Shown: positions 12,701-25,054 of the stretch, piece by piece
Numbering within the stretch: the first letter of the stretch is position 1
Layout: the number at the start of each line of letters is the position of its first letter
Assembly (NCBI GenBank): GCA_049999805.1
Contig: JBNGIO010006317.1
Span: 711,662-774,143 of the forward strand
Direction: 5' to 3'
DNA: 62,482 bases
Source of the DNA: Folioceros fuciformis
Taxonomy: Eukaryota
The notes under the pieces: generated by a model
Databases searched by the model: none
What the model was told of the DNA's origin: nothing
Seen by the model: only the letters and a program-made list of their open reading frames with translations
Translations under genes and position numbers: made by a program

Positions 12701-15284
12701 ATTATTGAACGTGGGAACAATGTGGCATGAAAGGATTATAGGTGTGTTTGGGCTCTTTCTGTGAATAACGTGATGTGAAGGGCGTCACACCCCTGGGACC
12801 CGGGCCCTCGCAGCTATGTATGCCCCTGCTTTTGCACATGATTGAGCAGAGCGCTCACGGGTAGCGAGCCAGGGCACAGTGGGGCAGTCAGAGCCCTCGC
12901 ACCTCGTGTGGCCCATGACACCATGTCCGTCCTTGGTGGACTTCCAAAGCTTTGGTTGTTCGTTTGTCTTGTCTCGCAAACGGCAACGGCCGCCCCAGCT
13001 CGCCAGGCACACGGCCTAGGTTTTGCTGACGGATTGCACATGGCCTGGAAACGCATCATTGTTAGTGGTGTGGGATGAAAGACATCGGCCTTGAACTGTC
13101 TCAAGCATCCGTGCAGGAGCTCCTATGACACCGGAGGGAACGTCAAAATTCCGGGAGCTGGACGGGCCAATTGCATCCTGCCAGCTAGGGCAGAGCCTGT
13201 GAGATATTCCCATTGAACAATCGCGTTGCCGCGTGGCCTGCATCGAAGCTCCTGCAGCCTCGCAAACAGCAACGGGCAGGGACGGCCGAGGTTTTGCTTG
13301 TCACTGCGCATGGATCGCTAACGCATCGGCATTGGACAGCTTTGGGATGAGAGACGCCGGACTGGCGCCGTCGCCGTCACAGACCTGGTGCTGGTGAAGG
13401 AAGCTTAATCAGCCCTGATGGCGTAGAGGATTCACCACCACTTACGTTAGGCCAGGTCCAGTAACGGGGTTCATTCGTACGGCTCCTACAGCTCTGGTCC
13501 CTGGCCCATTTCGTCAAGCTGTGCAACTCATGGACTGTCATTAAGTGGACCTTTCACTGAGAGTGATTCACATAGCATTCATTCCACTGGAAGCTTCTTG
13601 TCAGATTGTGATGGTAGCTGCCTGGACCTGGGTTCAGTCCTCGGACAGATTCGGACAAATTCGTATTCTCACCAGGGTTGGAGGACATGGGTTGGTGGAA
13701 ATGCTTTGGTTCTGTTCTCTGTCAAACACGATGACAAGTAGGGTCTGAGCATAATACTGACCAGCCTTGCCTGACGTTGAAACTTGTGTTCATTGCAGTT
13801 GAACAGATGGTGCAAGCCCATACGTGTCCTCTCTACTGAGAAATTGTGGTTCAGAGAGTTCGTGTGAAGTGATACTGCAGTTTTCACAGCTCTGCAGTCT
13901 CGATCTGTCGCCATCTGATAGTATAGGCTCCAGATCAAGTAGAGGTATCTGCTCCGCCCCGGGCTCAGTCAGAGAAACGAAGACCAGCATATACTTCTGT
14001 TGGCATGGTTGGAATATTCCTCTGCTGCTCAACCCTGTGCTGGTCGGGGACCAATGGGGCATTAGCATAGTACTGACCAGTGAGTGCTGTTCGATGTTTC
14101 ACGTGACTTTCACATTTGAACTGATAGTGGTTTTAGCGTCTATGAGCGAAGAATCACAACTATGGACATTGAAAGGAAATTGAAAGGGAAGGGATATACT
14201 GGAACTCCTGGGCGGTGGCACCGTAAAGGTGGTGTATGTTTGCAAGTTTGTGAGTCACAACCTTTGAAATGGCTTTCCAGGGAAAGCCACAGGAAACAGC
14301 CAAGGAGGCACTAAGAAGCCATCGGCAGACTTCAACTACAGAAGCCAGGACTGACAGAATCATGGATCCATTCCCGACTCTTTAACAAAACGATTGAGCT
14401 GTGAGTAGATCCGACCTTGGCAACCGGCTATCTGCACACAATCATTGCTCGGGTAGGTGGGAACAGTTCTCAAACCACGCACTAGGACAAGACTCATTTG
14501 ATCTCTCGGTTAATTCCATCCCAGAGATGAACCTTCAAGAATAGGACCCAGCAGAGAAGACTTCTACATGACAAAGCCAATGTGGCCACACCCCTTCGAT
14601 CTCACCCGGCTGTGAAGACTCGCAGGGTTTTAAAGCAACTTGAAAGGAGAGATTAGGAAAGCTGCTTGTGCGCAAAAATGGTGCAAAACCAAGAGGGACT
14701 GATGTCACTCGCAAATGGGAGTGAACGAGATGTCACCTTATGCCTTGTCACCCGGCTCCCTTCCACCCCAAATCAGCCTGCAGATGAAAGAACATCAATG
14801 CAGAAAGGCCATGACCCCTTGATGCTTGTTAAACGCAAAATCAAGTTAATCAGCTGCAATTCATGAGGAGCTAGGTGAGAGACATGAAAGAGAGAAAGAA
14901 ACAACAGTCCCCACTCTCCCTTCGTGGGATACCAGGGATGTCCTCTCCTCTGCTTGTGCTGCTCCAGAACAAGCGATCAGGGTTATGAAGAGTGATTGCT
15001 CACAAGATGCAGCAGAGTAAAAAGAGAGAATGCCAAAAATATGCCAGCTGCCTTTATTTTCCACCTCTGGACGTTACCTCGCTGAGCTTGGACAATCGAT
15101 TACAAGCCTCTCACTACAAAAATTGACCTAATGGCAGGTCTGAGTACACAATAAGGGACTGCAAGAATAGAGGACACACCACAACTACAGAGGCGCAGGT
15201 AAAAACCGGCAACAGCCAAAGAGCCCTGTCTTTCCCACAACTGCGAAGCCAGGACTCGGTGCACACCACCGGATGCCCAAAGCC

Positions 15285-15737
15285 TCACATCTCCGCTTCC
15301 TTGTGGGTCTCAATCACCAAATCCGAAATCGGATAGGCTATGCAGGTGAGCACGTAGCCCTCAGCTTTCTGGTCGTCGTCCAGGAAGGAGCCGTCGCTCT
15401 GGTCCACCTCTCCCTGCTTTATCTTCCCGACGCAGGAGCAGCAAGCGCCCGCCCGGCAGGAGTAGGGCAGGTCCAACCCCGCCTCCTCTGCGGTGTCCAA
15501 CAGGTAGACATCGTCAGGAGCCTGAATCACCTTGGACCCGGCTGGCGTGACGAAGGTCACGCTGTAGGAGGCCATGCATGTCACACGGCTGCCCCCAGAC
15601 TTGAGCCCGAACGCCTTCCGGAGCCCCAAACCCGAGCTGCCCACGGCGGCTGATGCATGCGGCTTCATGCAGCCGGAGGAAGCCGGGGAGGTAGATGCCG
15701 CTGCAGCCACCTGGTGGAGCGCCGCAGCCGCCGCCAT
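15285..15737 (-). CDS. PETF: Plant-type [2Fe-2S] ferredoxin with plastid transit peptide
   Basis: Ala/Ser-rich transit peptide ...[23 protein letters not shown]...[12 protein letters not shown]...[19 protein letters not shown] at 15737. Confidence 0.95.
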   Translation of the reverse strand: MAAAAALHQVAAAASTSPASSGCMKPHASAAVGSSGLGLRKAFGLKSGGSRVTCMASYSVTFVTPAGSKVIQAPDDVYLLDTAEEAGLDLPYSCRAGACCSCVGKIKQGEVDQSDGSFLDDDQKAEGYVLTCIAYPISDLVIETHKEAEM

Positions 15738-15989
15738 CGCTAAGCAGCACGCCGTACACGAGCTCACAGAAGCGCAGACTTGTGTCAGCCTCTAGGGCTT
15801 TAGAAGACTGGAGAATGAGCTGGGAGTGAGAACGGGACGAAGCGAAGGAGCCTGGCGATGCTCACACACGGATGTTCCTTGGCAGTGGCCGTGTGGACGC
15901 GGCGAAGCCTTGCCTCCTGGTGATTGAATGCGCCAAAGGCGAGATGCTTCCAGAGAGCACCAGCAGCCGCGCCAGATCCGACTATTCGT

Positions 15990-15995
15990 CACGTG
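15990..15995. promoter_or_regulatory. G-box (CACGTG) ~250 bp upstream of ferredoxin
   Basis: Exact CACGTG hexamer in the short intergenic region; function is inferred. Confidence 0.3.
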
Positions 15996-16207
15996 GTCTC
16001 CTGTGACAAGTGTACCGGCGAACCCACATCGACTTAGTTAACGGAACGGGCAACCGTTGGACGGAACGAAAGGAGGACCATTGGTGGAAACCGATGGTCC
16101 TCCTTGGCTTAACCGCATTGCATGCACGTACAGAATTTGCACAAGATTCCCAGATTTGCAGAGCGGCTCAGATTTCCAGTTATGCGTAATGTTGTGACAC
16201 TTGGTTC

Positions 16208-18075
16208 TCAGCTGCGAGGCAGCAGCTGCAGCCATGTTCCCAAGCTGGGAACTTTCTGATGCAGCAGAAACATGATATAGAAGCCAGCAGGGGCGACCAT
16301 GGCGTTTGGGGGTGTGAGCACATCCAGCTGGTAGCCGAGGTCTCCCCCCGTCTGCAGGATACCCGAGAGCTGCAGCATCCTCTGGTTCATGGAGAAGGAG
16401 TGGGTGGAGAGGGGAGGAGCGTAGAGCACCACCTGCACGTCTGAGAAGGTACGGAGGGGCTGCATGGTGGTGAAGGCCACCCGGAATGTGGAGCTGTAGG
16501 ACACCTGTGTCGGGGACACGAGGGTGATGTTGGGCCTGGCTGAATCGAATGTTGGGCTGAGGTAAGGGGGACTGAATGCTTCCATCCGGAGTTCCGTGGG
16601 ATACAACACGTTGGTGAAGGCGTACTTCTCGTTAGGATTGCTGCCTGCAACAAGCACTCTGGCATCAGGGAGGAGCACAGCTGAGGAGTGGTATAGCCGT
16701 GGGATGGTTGTGCTTGCCAGAGTCTCAAATCTGCGAGGAAAAAAAAAAAAACAGTTTCACCAAGACAGATCTGTGTGAGCCTTACAAGAGCACTAACCTT
16801 CCCGGACATGAACATTGCTCAGAATCTGCATTCAATCATGAGTAGGTGGAGACTGGTGACTTGTGCCACCTACCTGAAGTAGAGTTGATTGTCGGGATGG
16901 TACAGAAAGGGAGCAAGGGATGGGCTTCGACCCAGTCCCCATCCCGCACTTCCCGCCTGACAGCCATTGATGATGAGAACGTCTCCGGAAGGCAGCATGA
17001 TCATGTCAGCCATGACCCTGGGAGTGGGCATGGCCTCCATGACCCAGAAAGGCTCCGGGTCTGTGATTCTCAACCTCCCACAGTTCTTCGAAGCAAGGAG
17101 GAACCTGCCGACCTGGGCAGCAGCGGTGGCTCCCTGGGGAGCTCCTCCACACACCATGATCTCCACCGCTTGAAACTCATCTTGGTACGAAAGGGGGAGC
17201 ATGACCGAGGAGCCGGACGAGGGGTAATTCCTGGACTCGAAGCCGGGCATCCTGGGGAAGCTCTTGATCACAGTGTTGTTGGTGTAGTTGAAGAGGATGG
17301 AGTCCTGGTTAGCGAAGACGAAGAGGTTGCCGTCAGGGCAAAGGTGGAGAAAGGGGTACAAATTCTGCGCAGCAGAACTGGTTGCAAAGGTCTGGCTGAG
17401 GAAGGAGAAGGTGTAGAGCTCCTGCGCCTGCGCTCTGGGCACGAACTCGTAGCTGAACTGACTCCTCCCGCCCACCGCGATGAGGCGATCGTCCGGCAGA
17501 ATCTGGTCTGTGGCGTACCATCTGGGCACCTGGAGCAGCGACACATTGGGCGGGGACTCGTTCCAGTCGCAGGTCTTGTTGGAGCAGGGCACGAACCATC
17601 GCACGACCCGGGTGCCGTCCCCGTCCCCACCGGTTTGCACGAACGTCCCGTCCGCCTTCACCGCCCCTGACGAGCACCAAGTGTCGGTCAGGATCTCCAG
17701 CGGGCGGATGGAGTTATCCGCGATGGTGTACTCCACGGAGTGCGCGAAGCAGTCCACCGTGAGCGCAAGGTCGTTGGGGTCGTATCGACATCGCCCGTCC
17801 GGGAGACTGATGTTGGACGGGCCGAAGTCGGTGCGGTCGAAGATGATGACCGTGTTCAGGTAGGTGACAACCATGTGCATCGCGGAAACCCCCGCATTGT
17901 GCACCACCACCTCCCAGGTCCCGCCTCCCTGCTGCGCCCCGGCCAGCCCCGGCTCCAACAGGAGAACCCGGAACAGGAACCAGATAACGAAGCCCAACCT
18001 GCACCGGATCCGATCCCGATCCCGATCCCGCCCCCTCCCCATCCCTCTGCCTCCTCCGACTCCAGGTCCCTCCAT
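16208..18075 (-). CDS. GLOX: Glyoxal oxidase / galactose oxidase-like copper radical oxidase (AA5), secreted; exons 18075-16874 and 16730-16208
   Basis: GVSAMHM, FDRTDFGPS, WCSSG, RWYAT, RLYHSSA, THSFSMNQR. GT-AG intron 16873-16731 keeps the frame. Start is 18075 or 18042. Confidence 0.93.
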
Positions 18076-20163
18076 CTCCAAACCCGGGCCCCCTCCTACC
18101 CCAGGCACCCCGATCGGCCTCCTGCACCACTCACCTCCGAGGCGACGAGACGTGTCGGACGCCCGCTGCTGATGAAGGCAGAGCAGGGCAGGGCAGGGCA
18201 GCATCAGCTGTTTCCTCCACTGGAGAGTCGTGCTTCACAGGGCCCACATTCTCAACAAACAGTCAAGCACAGTGTTGTCGGCGACGACTGTCATAGTGTT
18301 GATCAAATCCTCGCTCCTCCCGGCCAACAGCATCCCGCTCCCGACCCTGTGACGCAATCAAAGATCCGAGCAACACTGCCTCCTCAAGCCCGCAGCAACC
18401 GCGGGCATCAAGCTTCAGCCTCCCAGTCAGACTCCACTCCTCCCGCCGCCAGCTGCCTCGCTCTCAATCAGCGATTCAGAATGACATCGACCTCCGAATC
18501 GGTAGGTGCGAGACAGCTGAAGATGCTGTTATCTTCATGGTCGGAACTCAGTCCCCGTCCGCGTCCCCGTTCCCGTCCCCGTCCCCGTCCCCGTGATGCG
18601 CAAGGCAACGCCGACCAGATGTCACCGCGACGACGGCCCCGGCCCCGCATGCTCCACCGTGGACACACGTCCACCATTGGAACGCATAGAGAAGCCCTGC
18701 CCTTGGCAGCACCCTGACGACCCATCCCCGGACGCTTCGGCAGCCCGCCGAGGGCAAGCCATGGCCCGGTGCCGAGGGCAGGGGTCTGTTGTGCACAACC
18801 TCTCTTCTCCTCCTCCCTTCTCTTCGCTTCGCTTCTCTTCTCCTCGTCTCTTCTCTTGGTTCCTCTTCTGGGGCCCGCTGGCATGGACTCAAAAACACCG
18901 AGAGAGAGAAAGGTGGCGCCAGGTCATCCTCCTCGTCCTCCCATCTTGTCTCGTAGACTGCGACTGATTCGAAATTGAACCGGCCGGACGGGGCTGATTT
19001 CCTCCAGCTGCCTGCCTGCCTGCCAGCGTCCCTTTCTTCCATCCCGTTCACAACGCCAGAGGTGCTGGCCGTACAGGTGGCGCATTGCCGGAGCGTGACG
19101 CCGCGGCGGGCGCGGAATCGGAATCCAGGAATCCAAGAATCCAGGCAGCCAAGCGGGGCCTCTGGAACGACACGCGACAGAGGCCGTGGCCGGGCCCGCA
19201 TGTCGGAGTGCCGCCAAGTAGGCCAGAGCTCATGAGGGCAGAGCAGGGCAGGCAAGTCGTGGCCAGGGCAGGAGGAGCTCCAAGTCCCGGGACACTGGGA
19301 CTCCTGCCCTATCTTCCTCCTCTTTCGCTTTCTCCCGCCCTCGGGCATCCATCCATCCAGTCTCCTTGGCTCATCATACTCCGTCCATATCCGCTCGGAT
19401 TGGCGCGTTGCCTTGCCGCACACGCCAAGCCACACGCACGGTCACAACACGCTTCCCAACCACCATTTGAAACGCCCCAGTACGACCCGCCCTAAATTCC
19501 CTAATTTGTGGCTGTCCCGAGCAAGTTGCAGCCTCACGAAGTCTCGGACCATGTGATCATGATGAGCAGGCCAGGGCAACCAACACAAGAACTTTATTTG
19601 TTTCTGTCCATCGCCATCGGGGGAGGACAGGGAGAGAGAGCGGTAATCCCGTGGGCCAAGGGCACTGGGGGAGTGAAAACCATCATGAATTTTTTTCAAT
19701 ATATGTATCTGTATTGTATTGTATGTGTGTGAGCACATTATTTGAAGCTGGCTCATAAACATATTGTATAAACTTGGCCCATCCCATCCCATCCCATCCT
19801 ACCTACCTACGTCTGAGCATACGTACAGAATTTAGATGTGTGGATTTGGAGGAGAGACTCGACACTCACTCAACTCAGCCCTTCGAGCAATGTACACAGA
19901 GATGTGGGAGAGACTCAACGCCAGGACAAAGACGCAGCCGGAGCCGGAGGTGGAGCGTGAGGAAATGGTCGCCACCGTCCCTCCCTCCCTACGAAACATG
20001 ACCAGCCTTGGAGCAGGAGGAGGCGAGAAGAAGGGTCACGAGTTCGTATAACCATGGAGCAATTGCAAGGAAGCAGGCAACCCGCCACCTGGTAACGGTC
20101 CTCGATGTTGCATATTATTTGCTGACTGCATGGTGAATCTTTCGTTGGTGCTGCCCTCGAAGC

Positions 20164-22908
20164 TCAGGACTGGCTCGCAGCCTGCTCCTGCCCCTGGATT
20201 GTGATGTCCCTGTAGCGGACAATGTAGGGCAGGTCTTTGCCGTGCCACTTCCCGGTCCACGCCCCGCCGTTCACATCGGAAGCATTCCAAACCGAGGCGT
20301 AGAAGAAGACCGGCTTGAGAGGATACGGTTTGTTGGCGGCCGCCTGCTGGAGCTGTGTTACCGTTCGAACGACCTTCCCGTCCACTATCCACCTGGGGGA
20401 AACAGGAAGGCGTGAGCTCGGTCAGGTCCAGGAGTGAGGACGGGGCAGGGGGTCCATGAATGTGGGGTGGAGAAGACAAGGAGCAGGAGAAGGAGAAGGA
20501 GAAGGGAAGGGAGGGAGGAGTTAGTTTAGGACGACTCACTGGATCTTGTCCGTGTCGTAGACGATGGTGTAGATGTGGTAGGCATCGGAGCAGTCGAAGC
20601 CCAGGTCGATGAGGAGTTCGTGCGCGCCCACCCCGTTGACGTAGAAGTTGGTCTGGACGGCGTTCTTGTTGTTGCCCAGCCACTCGAAGTCGATCTCGTC
20701 TTGCACGCGGCTGCCTTCCAGGGACGAGAGGTAGAGGCTGGAGAGCAGGCCGCTGGTGTCGCCAGGGGCGCACTTGAAGCCGCCGGAGAAGCGGCCAGAC
20801 GCGTAGCTCTGGATGGACCGGAATCGGCCTCCGCACCCCGTGGCGTCGTACGAGATGGAGGCGTCCGACCGCTCCACTGCCACGTTGTTGTAGCAGTAGT
20901 CGATGGCCAGGGGCCGCATCGGGATGGGCACGTTGCTGCTGGCCGCCGGCCGGCCGGGAGGCCGCCAGGGCTGGATGAGTGGGGAGAGCACGGAGATGGA
21001 GTCAAAATACATGGAGAAGGGCCCGTTGCTCCAGTCCACCGTGCCGGCGTACGCCCCGTTGGCCACTGTCGAGGCGTCCCAGGTGTAGCCGTAGATGCTC
21101 CCGGCCTTGGTGGGGTAGGCCGACCCGGCGAACGCCTTCGTCACTGTGCGCAGCGGGAGGTTGTCCACCAGCCACCTGCGGCTGGAAGTGTCAGACATGG
21201 ACGATCCCGGGAGGGGGAATATGGATCATGGATCATGGATCCCCAATCCATGCGCCAGGCAGGCAGGCAACCCACCACGTGCGTCCAGCATGATTTGGTC
21301 TTGACAGAGATAGGCAGCATCCAAGTGTGAGCAGGAGCGGAAGCTCAATGCAGCAAAGCAGAATGCGCAAACCATGCCTTAGGAGGGTTTGATTGCACAG
21401 ATCTGGAGGAATCAGACGATTAGTATGGATATGGAGGCTTGTGGAGGGGAGTAGTAGTCGTTGTACTAGTAGTACTAGTAGTAGGATTGGGTGATGGCGT
21501 GCTGTAGGGTGGCCGGCGCTTACATGATGGACAGACTGTCCCACTTGATGGTGTACTGGTGGAACTTCACGGATGTGTCGAAGGAGACCACGATCACCTG
21601 CTGATTGCCTGCGGAGTTGCCATTTACGGCATAGTTGGTGACGATGCGGTTGGGCTTGTTGCCCAAGAAGTCGAAGCTGATGCTATCGCTGGCTTGATCG
21701 TTGGATGAAATCTGCATGGGCAAAGCACAGCACAGCACAGTACAGGATGGATGGATGGATGGACGATTGTCAGTCCCAAATTGCAGGGGTGGGTGGTCGG
21801 CGTTACAAGCACTGGGAAGAGAGGAGTCTCAGAGATTTGCTTACATAGAAGCTGTTGCTCACACCCGAGGCCTTTACTGGGGTCCGCAAATTTGCTGTGA
21901 ACACGCCCGAGGAGTATTTGTCCTGGGAGTGAAACTTCCCACCTGTACGAAGCCACGCATCATGATGGCTTTCAGGTTGTTGTTGTTGCAGGAGCCGCTC
22001 AGAACTGAATGAATCCAATGCCTCCGGAGGAGAGGGTTTGCTGAATTTTTCTGTTTTTCTTGCAGGAAGGAGCTTCATCACTCACCGCAAGCTTTGTCGA
22101 GGCGGATGGTGACCGTGCTGTTTACGATTGTGATGTGGTTCGGGCAGTAATCCACCGCCAGATTCTTCACCGAGCGTGGAGTCGGGATGGGTGGGGCGCC
22201 CCCGTCGGAAGTCTGGTATCCAGGAGGTTTCTCACTTGCCTTGTCCGCGGGGCTCCCGTCGCCATCCTCGTCGAGGACGCCTGGACTCATGATCTCCAGC
22301 AGTTGCTGTGCGCTGGCCACGCTGCGCCCGACCTACACACGTCCAAATATCTTTCAGGCTGGGCTATCGCTCTCTCCGTCGCCCTCCTGTTCCTGGATGC
22401 GGCAGATTGGGGAGCAGGCGTGACGGACCTTGCGAAGATTGGAGCGAGCTTCCCTGGCTTCATTGGTCTTGAAATGGGCCATGCCTTCGATGCAGTCGTC
22501 CAAGGAGGCCTCCACTGCGTAGAGCTGTCGCGCAGTGGTGGCGGCTCCGTCGTCCTGGGCGATGAACTTGGCGGCCTGGTTGAGGCCCGCGCTGACATCG
22601 TCTAGCTCTTTGACGCAGTCCCCGCCCAACAACGGGGAGTCGGCAACCTCCGCCAGGTACACCTGCGCGTCGTTGATCCTGGCCTTGGCCAACTGCAATG
22701 CGATGGCCTGTTTGGTGGCGGCGCCGGAATTGTGGTAGGACGAGGCGAAGCTCCTGCTCGGGGTGTAGTAGGTGCTGCCGTACTCCCCAGCGAGCGCCCC
22801 GGCCTCTGCTCTGCCGGGGAAGTTGAAGGCACATCTGTCAGTGCCCAGGAGCAGCAACAGGGCGAGGCAGGCGAGGATGGTGGAGGCACTCCTCTTGGGG
22901 AGGCCCAT
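20164..22908 (-). CDS. EG16: Secreted PMEI-like domain + tandem GH16 (EG16/XTH-family) protein; exons 22908-22429, 22332-22086, 21942-21845, 21711-21524, 21175-20540, 20392-20164
   Basis: All five GT-AG introns are phase-compatible. Domain 2: LAIDYC...YLSSLEG...QDEIDFEWLG...QTNFY...DLGFDCSDAYH...KPVFFYASVWNAS. Domain 1 has SDSISFDFLG. Signal peptide present. Confidence 0.88.
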
Positions 22909-24823
22909 CTGCAGGGGTGTCATAACCAATCCTGCAACGGCCTGCCCTGTATAGCGAGATGTAGTTGAGATTGTGGCTGTTTGTGCAGTCTCGTGCGTGG
23001 GTATGGGTGCAGATCCCCGATCCCTGGCTCCGGCACGAGCGCACCGCCGGGGTCGCTCAGGCGCTCGACATCAAAGCTGCTTTGCCCCCTCTCGATTCAC
23101 CAAACTCTCATGGCCGGGAGTAGCTTTTTGCAGCTTTTGCAGAGACGGCCGCACCAGCCCCCGCCCCATCTCTGTCTGGCCTCGGCCCTTGCGCTCCAAC
23201 TCAGGCCAAGGCCAATGAAAGGGGGTGGCGATTGGCGTGGAAAGGGCGGGGGCTATTACCGGGTTAAGTAAACGGCTGAGGCGGTTATGAGCGCTGGTCC
23301 TGGGACATCGCCGGGTCCCGGGACTGCGGCACGTAACCGCAAACGGTTACCCGCTGCCCACTTAGGCTTCCACGGACCGAGGTGAAGCCGCCCTGCCCCA
23401 CCCTGGCCCCCGTCGCCGACCTCCACCCTATCCATCCTCGCTCTCCTTTGCAGCCTGCCGGGTGGGGGGTGCGGGGTGCTGGTAGTTGTTACGCCGAACT
23501 CTCCGCAGCTGAATCAGGTTCCTGTCATTTGTTAAGAAGCTGGTGGACAAAGTGATGCTGACCCAGTTGTTAGAGCCGGCTCAGGGGTAGCTACGTGTTT
23601 CTGTTGTGTTAACACTCGAGGAAGGAGTGGATTGTGTGTCAATCTGTTGGGAATCGCAGGCTTAGGGATGGCCAAGTAATTTATTTCTCTCGTCCGGGAA
23701 AGTAGTGCCACGTCCAGTCTGACTCCTTTCCTCGCCGTCAGCTTTGTTTTGCAACATTTTGCGAGTGATTCTCTCGTGCACCTCAAGTGTGAGACTTTGC
23801 ATGCATGCTGCCGCAACCTGCAACAAGGGTGAGCACTACCACTTGCTCATACTCGGTAGAGCTCACGTCTCAGCGGTCAAGCTTCATGTCGGAGGCTGGA
23901 TGTGTGCATGGCTTCCATGGTCACTTTTCCCTGCTTCCGGCAGACCCCCTGCCGTGACGGTTGACTCCAACTCGTGCAGATCTGAGTTAGGCAGAATCGC
24001 ATCGGACATGTCCAGGACCAGCAAGCACTTGTTAGTCTGCTGTCTACTTTTTAGGGTGCATATAGTGGATTCTTTCCTTCAAAGAAAAGAAGAAGGCTAT
24101 TCTGAATTTGACCTAAACATTATTGTTAGGAAGTATCTGTAATTGAAAAGTTGAATATTTTATAATGTGGAAATCATCCTATTTTCACACCGTCTGATTT
24201 TGAGACCAACCGATGGCCACCCTGTTGGAGGCTACTTCACTCTCCACCTCGAGGCATGGCAGCCCTGAGGAGAGGGTAACTTGACATTGAGGCTTGATTG
24301 CACGTAATGGAGCCATTTGTCTTTTGAAGGTCCAAAGGCTTAGTGAAAAGGTGGAGGAACGGGTTGGCTACAGTTCTTACACTTTTCCCGCTTTGTTCCT
24401 GTTCTCAATGCCATGCTGACAGTGAGGTGCCTGGGTGGCTGCATGTCTTCGGGACTCTAAAAAAGGCTGGGTCTGGTTGGAGAGCTTCCCTCTGCATCAC
24501 TGCATACAGTTACCGTATATCGCTTTTCCCCTCGCCCCGAATCTGAATAGCAGGGATTGCTTTCCATGTAAGGTACCAACCATAGCAACCACATCCTGAG
24601 GTACTTTTCATCTCACAAACAATCCTCTGCAGCAACAGCAGCAGTTGGGCTCCACTTCTCACATTCCCACAACCGCCTCAAACAACGCAGTACTGTGATA
24701 CAGTTGTGCCAGCATGGAAGCCATCCCCAAGCTAAGCAGTTGCGGAAAGCCTTGCAACTCTCAAACCTCTACTGTAGCTTGGCCAGGTGAAACCCTACAA
24801 CCTGGTGTCGGGAATCCGGATCC

Positions 24824-25033
24824 TTGAAAGGTGCAGGGCAGGGACCAGGCGACTTGCATGAAAAGATGTTCACCTGGGAAAGGCCATCATTGGAAGTTAA
24901 GACACCTGCCATTGGTTCCTACCTTCGAGTTGGACACAGTGGCCAGGTCCAAGGCCAGTTATTTGTGATCTTTGGAGGTAAGGAAACCTCGTATCCTTTG
25001 GCGAGCCCAGTGCTTGGCAGCTACAATGGCTAG
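24824..25033 (+). pseudogene. Kelch-repeat-like fragment
   Basis: TWERP...LRVGHSGQVQGQLFVIFGG resembles a single kelch blade; no full gene is evident. Confidence 0.35.
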
Positions 25034-25054
25034 CTGCGCCGAAACGCCCTCGTC

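Noticed and set aside
17740-19495. Long Arg/Pro-rich ORFs (325 aa, 295 aa)
   Set aside because: These are GC-rich, microsatellite-containing shadow ORFs, antisense to or upstream of GLOX, with no domain signal.
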